A model generated the notes under the pieces. That model ran no database searches, was not told where the DNA came from, and saw only the letters and a program-made list of their open reading frames with translations. A stretch of 32,000 nucleotides of DNA from Candidatus Saccharimonas sp. (lineage in GTDB: Bacteria > Patescibacteriota > Saccharimonadia > Saccharimonadales > Saccharimonadaceae), in contig CP076101.2 in the NCBI GenBank assembly GCA_015256915.3, positions 90,001 to 122,000 on the forward strand, read 5' to 3'. This document shows positions 16,601 through 31,238 of this stretch, piece by piece (position 1 is the first letter of the stretch; the number at the start of each line of letters is the position of its first letter). The translations under genes and the position numbers were made by a program.

Positions 16601-16893
16601 TTGATTAATCTTATAAGAGATAAAAAGATGAATAATGTTGATATTAAATATATCAAAATCTCTGATCTTACAGAGAATCCGTTAAGCATTGAAATATAAA
16701 GAACGGGGTAATAAATAATTAACGATAATATTATTGATATAAAAAGTACTTTTGGTTTTATTATCTTTTCGACAATATTTAGTAAAAAATCTAAAACGCT
16801 AGAGTGAAAAATACTTCGAAAAAGATTATTTTTAAAATTTGAATCTTTATGTATGAAATCTAATATTTTTTGGTAAGTTTGATTATTTTTCAT
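16585..16893 (-). CDS. Hypothetical small membrane protein (2-3 TM)
   Basis: ORF with hydrophobic segments. Its start overlaps the stop of the upstream gene (ATGA at 16893). Confidence 0.5.
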   Translation of the reverse strand: MKNNQTYQKILDFIHKDSNFKNNLFRSIFHSSVLDFLLNIVEKIIKPKVLFISIILSLIIYYPVLYISMLNGFSVRSEILIYLISTLFIFLSLIRLIKNKIR

Positions 16894-17627
16894 TATTTCA
16901 TTTCTCCTGAATATTGACTAAAATAGCGTATTTCTTTGTATAATAAATTTGTACGAAGTGCCATAACTATTGATATAGAAAATAGAACAATTAAAAATAG
17001 TAAAATTGTATATTGCTCAAGAGTTGGGATTGAATTTAAGAAGTAATCGATTTTTTTTATAAAAGGACATTTTATTGGGGTTTTCGAAACTTCACCAAAA
17101 TTTAATTTAATAAAGCAATCAAATGACTCTCCCTGTTGTTTAAGAGTTGGGATCCTATCTTTAATTTCTATTGCAAAAAATTTGCTTTTTGATTCTCCGG
17201 GCTCGATACTAGAATTATTCCAATATATTATGCCATCTTTGATTTTATAATCTCCTCCATCAAGAAGGTTGGCATATTCTAGTATGTCTGATATATTGAC
17301 TTCGAAATTTGAATCCTGAACTTTTTTTGAATTATTAGTTACGGTCAGTGTATAAGAAATGATATCTTTAGGTTGGAGTGGGTGTTTTGCTGTTGATTTT
17401 ACAGTATAAGTTAGGTTAGGATTAAATGATGTTTTTTTTACTATATTATTAGATATAGTTTTCGAAGGTAAGATATTAGTTAAAAATATTGTGAAAAATA
17501 CAAAAATAATAGCAAAAATATTAAAAATCCACCATTTTAAATCATTTTTTAGTTTTCTTTTATAATCTTGTATTTTTTTACCCATAGAAGGGCTGCGGTA
17601 ATAACCTAAAATAATATCTTTAAACAT
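16893..17627 (-). CDS. Hypothetical bitopic membrane protein with a beta-sandwich (DUF11/CARDB-like) extracytoplasmic domain
   Basis: N-terminal TM (WWIFNIFAIIFVFFTIFL) and C-terminal TM (ILLFLIVLFSISIVMAL). The central YTLTVTNNSKKVQDSNFEVNISD...IEPGESKSKFFAIEIK resembles conserved-repeat/CARDB folds; this is a weak call. Confidence 0.55.
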   Translation of the reverse strand: MFKDIILGYYRSPSMGKKIQDYKRKLKNDLKWWIFNIFAIIFVFFTIFLTNILPSKTISNNIVKKTSFNPNLTYTVKSTAKHPLQPKDIISYTLTVTNNSKKVQDSNFEVNISDILEYANLLDGGDYKIKDGIIYWNNSSIEPGESKSKFFAIEIKDRIPTLKQQGESFDCFIKLNFGEVSKTPIKCPFIKKIDYFLNSIPTLEQYTILLFLIVLFSISIVMALRTNLLYKEIRYFSQYSGEMK

Positions 17628-17754
17628 ATCCCACCTTTTAACTTAATGCTTATATTTTAGCATATTTTTTATAAAAAAATAAGCTTTATTTGAATTTTTT
17701 TATAAAATAAGGTATAATACAGATATAAATTTTATTTATGGAAGTTCTGAATGA

Positions 17755-19743
<1,989 letters not shown>

Positions 19744-19745
19744 TT

Positions 19746-22241
19746 ATGGAAGATGAAAATAAAAAACCTCTTGAAGGTGAAATTATCGAACAACAAAATC
19801 ATTCGAAAGTTTTAGAATATCGCACGGTTGAAGATGTGATGGAGGATTCATTTCTTCGTTATTCAATGTCTGTTATTATTGACCGTGCATTGCCTGATGT
19901 TCGAGATGGAATGAAGCCAGTTCATCGCCGTGTTCTTTATACAATGGGCGAAATGGGTGTTCGACCAGGCTCTTCATTTAAGAAGTCTGCGCGTATCGTT
20001 GGTGACGTAATGGGTAAATACCACCCACACGGCGATAGCTCCATTTATGATTCGATGGTTCGTTTGGCACAGGACTGGGTGATGCGATATCCTCTTGTTG
20101 AAGGTCAAGGAAACTTCGGCTCAATGGATGGCGATCCTGCAGCCGCTATGCGTTATACTGAAGCAAGGCTTGGTCGAATTGGTGATATTTTGCTAAACGA
20201 TCTTGATAAAGATACGGTTGATTTTCGACCAAACTATGATGGATCTGAAAGCGAGCCTTCAGTTCTCCCGGCTAAATTACCAAATCTTCTCTTAAATGGT
20301 CAAATGGGTATTGCAGTTGGTATGGCAACAAGTATTCCGACTCATAATTTGAGCGAAATTGTTGATGCAACTGTTGAGCTAATTAGTAATCCAGAAGCCA
20401 AGCTTGAAGATTTAATGAAATATGTCAAAGGCCCAGACTTCCCAACAGGTGCGGTAGTTTATGGTGGAGCTCCGATGATCCAGGCTTATCGAACTGGTCG
20501 TGGAAGTGTTACTATGCGAGCCGTTGCTGAAATCATTGAAACTAAACGCGGTCGTCATCAGATTGTAGTTTCGGAAATACCTTATAACGTTAATAAAGCT
20601 TCTTTGATCGAGAAGATTGCTGATCTCGTAAAAGAAAAGAAAATTACAACTATAGCTGACCTTCGTGATGAATCTGCGCGCGGAACGGTTAAGATTGTAA
20701 TCGATCTTAAGAAGGATGCATACCCAAAGAAAGTTCTCAACCAGCTCTACAAATTAACTCCACTTCAATCAAACTTTCATTACAATATGCTTGCTTTGGT
20801 TGATGGTGTTCAGCCGCGAGTGCTTGGCTTAAAAGAAATGCTTGATGAATTCGTAAAGCATCGCCGAAATGTTGTGCGTCGCCGAACAGAATTCGAACTT
20901 AAAAAAGCAAAAGCTCGTGCACATATTTTAGAAGGTTTGAAAATTGCGCTTGATCATATCGATGAAGTTATTGGAACGATTCGAGCTTCGAAAACTACAG
21001 ATATTGCCGAAAAAGCTTTGCGTGAAAAATTCGGATTGACTGAAATTCAAGCAAAAGCAATTCTTGCGATGCAACTTCGCCGATTGACTGGATTGGAGCG
21101 CGAAGCAATCGAAGCTGAGCTTGCTGCTCTCTTGAAACTTATTGGTGAGCTTGAGTCAATTCTTGCTGATGAGAATGAAATTCTTCGAATTATTAAAGAA
21201 GAACTTCTCGAAATGAAAGAAAAATATGGTGATGAGCGTAAAACTAAGGTCATTAATCATGAGCTTGGCAAATTCTCAGATGAAGAGCTTATTCCTGAGG
21301 AAGAAAGTGTTATTCTTCTAACTGGTGAAAACTATATTAAGCGAACTCTACTTGCAGATTATCGCCGCCAAAATCGTGGCGGAAAAGGTAAGCGTGGGAT
21401 GACAACAAAAGATCAAGATATTATTGATCAATTGATTCCAGCAAGTACGCATGATTGGTTGTTGTTCTTTACGAATAAAGGTCGAGTATTTAGACTTAAA
21501 GCTTACGAGGTTCCTGCTGCAAGCCTTCAAGCTAAAGGTGTTGCTGCGGTAAATCTACTACAACTCCAACCTGAAGAAAAAATTACATCAATCATCAAGC
21601 TTGAACAAAATAGTAGTACAGAAGATTACCTCTTTATGGCTACCGTAAAGGGGACTGTAAAAAAGACAGCACTTAAAGACTTTGCGAATATTCGAACGAA
21701 TGGTTTGAACGCAATTAATCTTGATGAAGGCGATGAGCTCCGTTGGATTCAGAAAACTGATGGTCAGAGCGATATTATTGTTTCAACATCAGCTGGTCAG
21801 GCTGTTCGATTTAATGAGAATGATGTTCGAGCAATGGGTCGTGCGGCTCGTGGTGTTCGTGGCGTTCGACTTCGACCAAATGATAGCGTTGTTGGGATGG
21901 ATGTTGCTAAAGATGGAACACAAAAACTTCTTGTGATTTCAGCAAATGGTTACGGAAAAGCAACAAAAGTCTCGAACTTTGAAGTTAAACATCGTGGTGG
22001 AATTGGTGTTAAAGCCGCAATTGTAACCGCAAAAACTGGTCCAATCGTTTCAGTTCAAACTTTGCCAGAGGCTGTTTCTGATGCGTTAATGATTTCAAGC
22101 GGTGGTCAAACAATTCGAGTTGCTGTTAAAGATATTCCAACTTTAGGTCGAACTACGCAGGGCGTTCGAATTATGAAACTTTCTGATAATGATACTGTGG
22201 CAAGTGTTGGTTTAATGGAAGAAAGTCGAGAGGAGGAATGA
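19746..22241 (+). CDS. gyrA: DNA gyrase subunit A
   Basis: [53 protein letters not shown], and C-terminal beta-pinwheel repeats. The ATG lies 2 nt after the gyrB stop. Confidence 0.97.
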   Translation: MEDENKKPLEGEIIEQQNHSKVLEYRTVEDVMEDSFLRYSMSVIIDRALPDVRDGMKPVHRRVLYTMGEMGVRPGSSFKKSARIVGDVMGKYHPHGDSSIYDSMVRLAQDWVMRYPLVEGQGNFGSMDGDPAAAMRYTEARLGRIGDILLNDLDKDTVDFRPNYDGSESEPSVLPAKLPNLLLNGQMGIAVGMATSIPTHNLSEIVDATVELISNPEAKLEDLMKYVKGPDFPTGAVVYGGAPMIQAYRTGRGSVTMRAVAEIIETKRGRHQIVVSEIPYNVNKASLIEKIADLVKEKKITTIADLRDESARGTVKIVIDLKKDAYPKKVLNQLYKLTPLQSNFHYNMLALVDGVQPRVLGLKEMLDEFVKHRRNVVRRRTEFELKKAKARAHILEGLKIALDHIDEVIGTIRASKTTDIAEKALREKFGLTEIQAKAILAMQLRRLTGLEREAIEAELAALLKLIGELESILADENEILRIIKEELLEMKEKYGDERKTKVINHELGKFSDEELIPEEESVILLTGENYIKRTLLADYRRQNRGGKGKRGMTTKDQDIIDQLIPASTHDWLLFFTNKGRVFRLKAYEVPAASLQAKGVAAVNLLQLQPEEKITSIIKLEQNSSTEDYLFMATVKGTVKKTALKDFANIRTNGLNAINLDEGDELRWIQKTDGQSDIIVSTSAGQAVRFNENDVRAMGRAARGVRGVRLRPNDSVVGMDVAKDGTQKLLVISANGYGKATKVSNFEVKHRGGIGVKAAIVTAKTGPIVSVQTLPEAVSDALMISSGGQTIRVAVKDIPTLGRTTQGVRIMKLSDNDTVASVGLMEESREEE

Positions 22242-22663
22242 TGCCAAGATATTTAGTGATTTTTGTGTTAGCATGGATAATTGCGCAAGGTGCTAAATAT
22301 ATTCTAGAAATTCGAAAAGATAAAAGTGCAAAATTTAAGCAAATCATCACTGAAAGTGGTGGGATGCCAAGTTCTCATAGTTCAGTGGTGATTGCGCTCG
22401 CAACACTTGTTGGTTTGCATGAAGGTGTTTATTCTTCAATTTTTGGTTTAGCTTTTGTATTTGCGATGATAGTGATATATGATTCAATGAAAGTGCGATT
22501 TTCGAACGGTATTCAAGCACAAAGAATTAATGAAATCATTGAAAAGCAGAATTTAAAAATTAAAAAAGTCCGAGTTGTTAAAGGCCACACTCCGCTAGAA
22601 GTTGCTGTTGGTTCAGTTATTGGAATTTTTATTGGATATACAGCATTTTTGCTTGGGTTATAG
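22238..22663 (+). CDS. Divergent PAP2 / DUF212 family membrane protein
   Basis: [15 protein letters not shown] and [11 protein letters not shown] motifs. The start overlaps the gyrA stop (ATGATG). Confidence 0.8.
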   Translation: MMPRYLVIFVLAWIIAQGAKYILEIRKDKSAKFKQIITESGGMPSSHSSVVIALATLVGLHEGVYSSIFGLAFVFAMIVIYDSMKVRFSNGIQAQRINEIIEKQNLKIKKVRVVKGHTPLEVAVGSVIGIFIGYTAFLLGL

Positions 22664-22725
22664 GCTAAATTAGATGGGCTTTCAAGGCCTATTTAATTTT
22701 TTCTAAATTTTCTTTTAAAAAAGTG

Positions 22726-22754
22726 TTGACTTTTAAAAATCTATTGAGTATAAT
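22726..22754 (+). promoter_or_regulatory. Consensus promoter of the 16S rRNA gene
   Basis: TTGACT (22726-22731), a 17-nt spacer, then TATAAT (22749-22754). Confidence 0.7.
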
Positions 22755-22871
22755 GGTTAATAGTTCAGCGCGCGGAGTAAAAAGCGAGGTTGGATAAAAC
22801 TGAACTTTAACAATTTAATTGTGCAAATTTATCGTCAGTCTATTTTATAGATTATCAATTTGATAATTCTT

Positions 22872-24398
<1,527 letters not shown>

Positions 24399-24559
24399 CT
24401 AGGGAGAGTTATGCCAAAGGTTTGAGAAATCAACCTTTGAAGCTAGGTCGGTCTTTTCGAAAGTTTCTGTAAATTTTACTTTCGAATTTAGCCTTCTAAA
24501 GGTAAGACTAAAATTTACCACAGATTGAGATAGATTGCACAATTAAATTGTTAAAACTA

Positions 24560-24590
24560 AATAGCCTTTCGAAAGATTGGCTATTTTTAT
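24560..24590 (+). terminator. Intrinsic terminator directly after the 16S processing stem
   Basis: aatagcc (24560-24566) / ggctatt (24579-24585), followed by TTTTT. The loop contains TTTCGAAA. Confidence 0.6.
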
Positions 24591-24607
24591 TAATAAGAAA
24601 AAAACTC

Positions 24608-24636
24608 TTGCATTTTATTAATAAATAATATATACT
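24608..24636 (+). promoter_or_regulatory. Promoter in front of the spacer tRNAs
   Basis: TTGCAT (24608-24613), a 17-nt spacer, then TATACT (24631-24636). It shares the aaaactcttgcatt...aataatatata...tagtatt module with the promoter at 24914. Confidence 0.5.
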
Positions 24637-24658
24637 ATTATAGTATTCGTTAAAATCT

Positions 24659-24733
24659 GGGGATATAGCTCAGTTGGCTAGAGCACCTGTTTGTAAGCAG
24701 GGGTCCAGGGTTCGAGTCCCTGTATCTCCACCA
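24659..24733 (+). tRNA. tRNA with alanine-type acceptor (G3-U70, A73) but a non-canonical anticodon arm (UGU or GUA instead of UGC)
   Basis: GGGGATA TA GCTC AGTTGGCTA GAGC A [CCTG TTTGTAAG CAGG] GGTC CAGGG TTCGAGT CCCTG TATCTCC A CCA. The acceptor, D and T arms are canonical. The anticodon arm has 16 nt instead of 17. Confidence 0.7.
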
Positions 24734-24786
24734 AAGAAAGCTTTTGAATATTTTTCGAAAGTTCTCTTTGGCAAAAAGCCGAATAT

Positions 24787-24863
24787 GGGCGATTAGCTCA
24801 GCTGGTTAGAGCGCGTCACTGATAATGACGAGGTCGGAGGTTCAAGTCCCTCATCGCCCACCA
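24787..24863 (+). tRNA. tRNA-Ile (anticodon GAT)
   Basis: GGGCGAT TA GCTC AGCTGGTTA GAGC G CGTCA CTGATAA TGACG AGGTC GGAGG TTCAAGT CCCTC ATCGCCC A CCA. Confidence 0.95.
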
Positions 24864-24865
24864 TA

Positions 24866-24890
24866 GAACTCCCAAGAGGGAGTGTTTTTA
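24866..24890 (+). terminator. Intrinsic terminator after tRNA-Ile
   Basis: actccc (24867-24872) / gggagt (24877-24882), followed by gTTTTTaTTTT. Confidence 0.6.
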
Positions 24891-24913
24891 TTTTGTAAAA
24901 CTTTTAAAAACTC

Positions 24914-24942
24914 TTGCATTCAAATGTAAAATAATATATAAT
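24914..24942 (+). promoter_or_regulatory. Upstream (P1-like) promoter of the 23S-5S unit
   Basis: TTGCAT (24914-24919), a 17-nt spacer, then TATAAT (24937-24942). Confidence 0.5.
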
Positions 24943-25048
24943 AGTATTTACTTAGCGAACGTTCATCCTGAACCTCTCAGGAGAGAATATTTATTAAATC
25001 AGTAGAAAATGCATTTTAATAGAAAATAAATAAAATTGCAAAAAACTA

Positions 25049-25077
25049 TTGACAAAAAATATTCAAAAATATATAAT
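25049..25077 (+). promoter_or_regulatory. Downstream (P2-like) consensus promoter of the 23S-5S unit
   Basis: TTGACA (25049-25054), a 17-nt spacer, then TATAAT (25072-25077). Confidence 0.6.
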
Positions 25078-25253
25078 AGTAAAGCGTTTAAGATCAGGAT
25101 AGTGAGTTCGAATCTTTCGAAAGTTGAACTTATGGTTTTGCTCTTAAAATGGGAGCGAGAAATTTAACAATTTGGTGATGTAAAAGAAGATAAGAATTTA
25201 AGATTGACGGCAAGTATTGGTTGTTACCAATTACTAGTTAAGTCAATGCATAA

Positions 25254-28346
<3,093 letters not shown>

Positions 28347-28537
28347 GTCCATATTCATTAAAATAATCTTGTATTATTGGCGTGAATATGGTAGACTTAA
28401 CTAGTGTTTGGTGATTATCAAAGATAATCGCTAGTCAATCTAAAATCTTGGCATTACCAAATGATACCAAGGACATCGAAATGAGGTTTTGGCTCACCGC
28501 TTAGGAATTTGTGGCGAGTTGAAGCGCAAAACCTTTT

Positions 28538-28645
28538 TTCGGTGCCCATGGCGCTGGGGAAACACCTGTTCTCATTCCGAACACAGAAGTTAAGCCCAGT
28601 AGCGGCGAGCATACTACGAAAGTGGGAAAATAGCACGGTGCCGAA
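28538..28645 (+). rRNA. rrf: 5S ribosomal RNA
   Basis: The terminal helix is ttcggtgcc / ggtgccgaa. The conserved CCGAACACAGAAGTTAAGCCC core is present. Confidence 0.88.
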
Positions 28646-28652
28646 TTATAAG

Positions 28653-28690
28653 AAACTCCTCCTAACCGGTGGAGTTTTTTCGTATTTTTT
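28653..28690 (+). terminator. Intrinsic terminator of the 23S-5S unit
   Basis: aaactcc (28653-28659) / ggagttt (28671-28677), followed by a long T-tract. Confidence 0.7.
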
Positions 28691-28703
28691 TTAAAGAATG
28701 TCC

Positions 28704-28732
28704 TTGACTTTATAAGAAAAAAATGATACAAT
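28704..28732 (+). promoter_or_regulatory. Promoter of the 28740 gene (predicts a leaderless mRNA)
   Basis: TTGACT (28704-28709), a 17-nt spacer, then TGaTACAAT (28724-28732). The ATG at 28740 is 7 nt after the -10 and has no SD. Confidence 0.55.
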
Positions 28733-28739
28733 ATGTTTT

Positions 28740-29231
28740 ATGGAAAGATTTAATAGTAAAATAGAAAAAGAAAATAATAATGAATATTCAAAAGAAGCCT
28801 TTGATGAGGCTGTGAAAGTACTTGGGTCAAGATTTCATGAAGACTGGCGTAAAACTCGTTTAAATGATGATGGTACTTTTGAGCCACGGTTAAAAACTAC
28901 TAAAGATCAAGAATGGATTTCTGCTCACGGAACTAATGAAGTAGATATTGCTAATTCAACCTATGATGAACTTCCTGAGGACTGGAAGGGTGAGAATAAA
29001 GCCGCTGCAGAGGTTATTGCTAATATTTTCAATGAATATAGCGGCGATATTGAGCTAGAAAATCCAATTATTCGATCGCAAGTTGGTAATAAAGTGCACG
29101 ATGCCTGGCTCGAGAGAAATGGTGAATGGGCACCAGAAGAGCAGAAGTTACCATTTGATGATCTTTCTATTGAAGAACAAGAAAAAGACCTTGAACAAAT
29201 TCGAATAGCGAAGGAAGTTTTTGAAGTTTAA
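28740..29231 (+). CDS. Acidic hypothetical protein, possibly two RyR-like (ryanodine-receptor-domain) repeats
   Basis: There are two repeats. The first is FHEDWRKTRLNDDG...YDELPEDWKGENKAAAEV. The second is VHDAWLERNGEW...FDDLSIEEQEKDLEQIR. They resemble the bacterial RyR domain pattern (H-x-x-W ... Y/F-x-x-L-x-E-x-x-K). The family call is tentative. Confidence 0.6.
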   Translation: MERFNSKIEKENNNEYSKEAFDEAVKVLGSRFHEDWRKTRLNDDGTFEPRLKTTKDQEWISAHGTNEVDIANSTYDELPEDWKGENKAAAEVIANIFNEYSGDIELENPIIRSQVGNKVHDAWLERNGEWAPEEQKLPFDDLSIEEQEKDLEQIRIAKEVFEV

Positions 29232-29257
29232 TTATTAACCATAAACTATAAAATGCT

Positions 29258-29286
29258 AAAAATAGCCTTTCGGGGCTATTTTTTAA
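29258..29286 (+). terminator. Intrinsic terminator
   Basis: aatagcc (29261-29267) / ggctatt (29274-29280), followed by TTTTT. Confidence 0.65.
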
Positions 29287-29430
29287 TGATTTAAAGAAAT
29301 CTTAGTAAATAACTTAATATCGAAAAGCTTCTTACACCTCTCAATAAGAGTTTTAAACAGCGTTAAGTGCTTCAGAATAACCCAGAAATTATAAAACTTA
29401 TAATAAAATAAAAAAGCTCTTATGTAAATA

Positions 29431-29459
29431 TTGACAAAAAGCATAAGTTGTGCTATAAT
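29431..29459 (+). promoter_or_regulatory. Consensus promoter of the KGG-repeat stress protein gene
   Basis: TTGACA (29431-29436), a 17-nt spacer, then TGcTATAAT (29451-29459). Confidence 0.65.
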
Positions 29460-29509
29460 TAAAACATAATCAAAAATAGATTAGATTTTAATAAAACAAA
29501 GGAGATTAA

Positions 29510-29761
29510 ATGGCCGGAACAAAGGCGGGCGGCGCAAAGGCAGCTGCAACTAATAAAGCAAAATATGGAAAAGATTTTTATTCACGAATTGGGCAAAAAG
29601 GCGGTAAAAATGGAACAACTGGTGGATTTGCTGCAAACCGTGAACTTGCAAAAATTGCGGGGCAAAAGGGCGGTCGAATTAGCCGCCGTGGTCCAGCTAC
29701 AACAAAGATTCCAATGACTGAAGAGTCTGAAGAATCAAAAATTGAAGTTCGTGTAGCTTAA
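29510..29761 (+). CDS. KGG-repeat general stress protein (YciG/GsiB-like)
   Basis: Repeated ...GQKGGKNG.., GGFAANRELAKIAGQKGG... motif. An AAGGAG SD lies 7 nt upstream. Confidence 0.8.
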   Translation: MAGTKAGGAKAAATNKAKYGKDFYSRIGQKGGKNGTTGGFAANRELAKIAGQKGGRISRRGPATTKIPMTEESEESKIEVRVA

Positions 29762-29774
29762 AAAGTATACAAAT

Positions 29775-29810
29775 AAAATCACGCTTTCGAAATATTGCGT
29801 GATTTTATTT
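29775..29810. terminator. Bidirectional terminator between convergent genes
   Basis: aaaatcacgc (29775-29784) / gcgtgatttt (29797-29806). The loop contains TTTCGAAA. Confidence 0.65.
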
Positions 29811-30262
29811 TATTTTATTTTTCGCCGCAAACTTTTAAAACGAGAATCATTATTTTGCCAGATAGTTCCGCAAGCGGGGCATTTATATGTTAAATCTTTT
29901 TGTTGAAAACCATTTAGTTTGCATTTTGGGCAGAGGCTTCTTTTATGTAGCCAATCTCGGTAAGTGTCAAGCTTGCTTTCAGCTAAATTTGAACTAAAAC
30001 AAAATCCATATTGACTTACAAGGTTATTTTGAACGAACTCCCAAGCTTCAGACTCCATCTTAAGTAGTTCAATATCAAGCCAAAAATCTTCGTGGCCAAG
30101 CAGTGCGTGAGCTAATTCATGCAAAATTAACAGATGAAAATTTGAAGATTCTGGTTCGAAAAAAATTGTATTTTCTTTCTTTGACCAATAGAAATCATCA
30201 CTTTCTTCGAAATTGAATTGAGGAAAGTCTTTGCGCAATTTTTCGACAAATTCTAAATTCAT
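29810..30262 (-). CDS. Small HExxH zinc metallopeptidase-like protein (SprT/ImmA-like) with a C-terminal CxxC...CxxC zinc ribbon
   Basis: LILHELAHALLGH motif. CPKCK...YKCPACG ribbon. The start overlaps the stop of the ROK gene (TAATG). Confidence 0.6.
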   Translation of the reverse strand: MNLEFVEKLRKDFPQFNFEESDDFYWSKKENTIFFEPESSNFHLLILHELAHALLGHEDFWLDIELLKMESEAWEFVQNNLVSQYGFCFSSNLAESKLDTYRDWLHKRSLCPKCKLNGFQQKDLTYKCPACGTIWQNNDSRFKSLRRKIK

Positions 30263-31086
30263 TAAAAATTCAATGCCTCTTTTGCAAATTCAAAACAGCC
30301 ATAAATAACTGCTTCGCGCGGTTTTTGAGCTTTAACGATTTTTGGGCAAGAAATCCCTTCGGGCAGATTTTCGCGAACAATTTGTTCTAGAAAAAGATCG
30401 AATTTTTTAAAATTTTCACCAAGGCTACCACCAATAATAATTAACTCTGGCTGAATTATTGGAATTATCACTAAAAATCCGCGTGAAATTCTATCTGCAA
30501 TATTTTGCCATTGTCGTGGTTTTGAAATCTCGCTCGCATATTTACCATAAACATTAAAAATTGCTCGTGCACTTGCAAATTCTTCCCACTCTCGCACTCG
30601 GCCATCAAATTCAATTGGAATTCTCCCAATTTCGCTATTTTTTAGGCCTTGGTTGATTTTTCCATCTGTTATTATGCCTGAACCAACTCCCGTTGAAAGT
30701 GTAATATAAAGAATATTTTGAGCTTTATTTTTGAATTTTTTACTTTCAAAAAGCCCAGCAAGATTGGCGTCATTTTCAACTAAAATTTTAATATTTGGAA
30801 ATATTTTTGAAAGTTCAGCTTTTACATTAAAATTCTGCCAACGTAAATTTTTTGCCCACAAAATTACACCGTTTTCAATAATTCCAGGTTCGGCACAAGA
30901 AATTGCTTGGATTTCACCCGATTTCAGTTGTTCCGAAAATTCTTTTTTAATAACTTTTTCAATAATTTCAAGATATTTTTGCTGAGATTTTGGCGTTTGA
31001 AATTCGAAAGATTTTAAAAGTTTACCTTCTTTCGAAAATCCTGCTAATAAAGTTTTTGTTCCACCCGTATCAATTGCAATAATCAT
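30262..31086 (-). CDS. ROK-family sugar kinase (glucokinase-like), without the usual Cys zinc motif
   Basis: MIIAIDTGGTKT (phosphate-1), ENDANLAGL, LSTGVGSGII, IIIGGSL. The CxCGxxGC motif was not seen. Confidence 0.82.
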   Translation of the reverse strand: MIIAIDTGGTKTLLAGFSKEGKLLKSFEFQTPKSQQKYLEIIEKVIKKEFSEQLKSGEIQAISCAEPGIIENGVILWAKNLRWQNFNVKAELSKIFPNIKILVENDANLAGLFESKKFKNKAQNILYITLSTGVGSGIITDGKINQGLKNSEIGRIPIEFDGRVREWEEFASARAIFNVYGKYASEISKPRQWQNIADRISRGFLVIIPIIQPELIIIGGSLGENFKKFDLFLEQIVRENLPEGISCPKIVKAQKPREAVIYGCFEFAKEALNF

Positions 31087-31134
31087 AACTCTATTTTACG
31101 ATGAAAAAAATAAAAATTCAACCTTTTAAAACGC

Positions 31135-31163
31135 TTGATTTTTTTAGCTCAAAATGTTAAAAT
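31135..31163 (+). promoter_or_regulatory. Promoter of rpsA
   Basis: TTGATT (31135-31140), a 17-nt spacer, then TGtTAAAAT (31155-31163). Confidence 0.45.
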
Positions 31164-31238
31164 GGTAACAATCTATTGGGCAGGTTAATTTTAGCTATGT
31201 TCAAAGAAATACAATTAAGGAAGGAGTCTTAAAGACTA

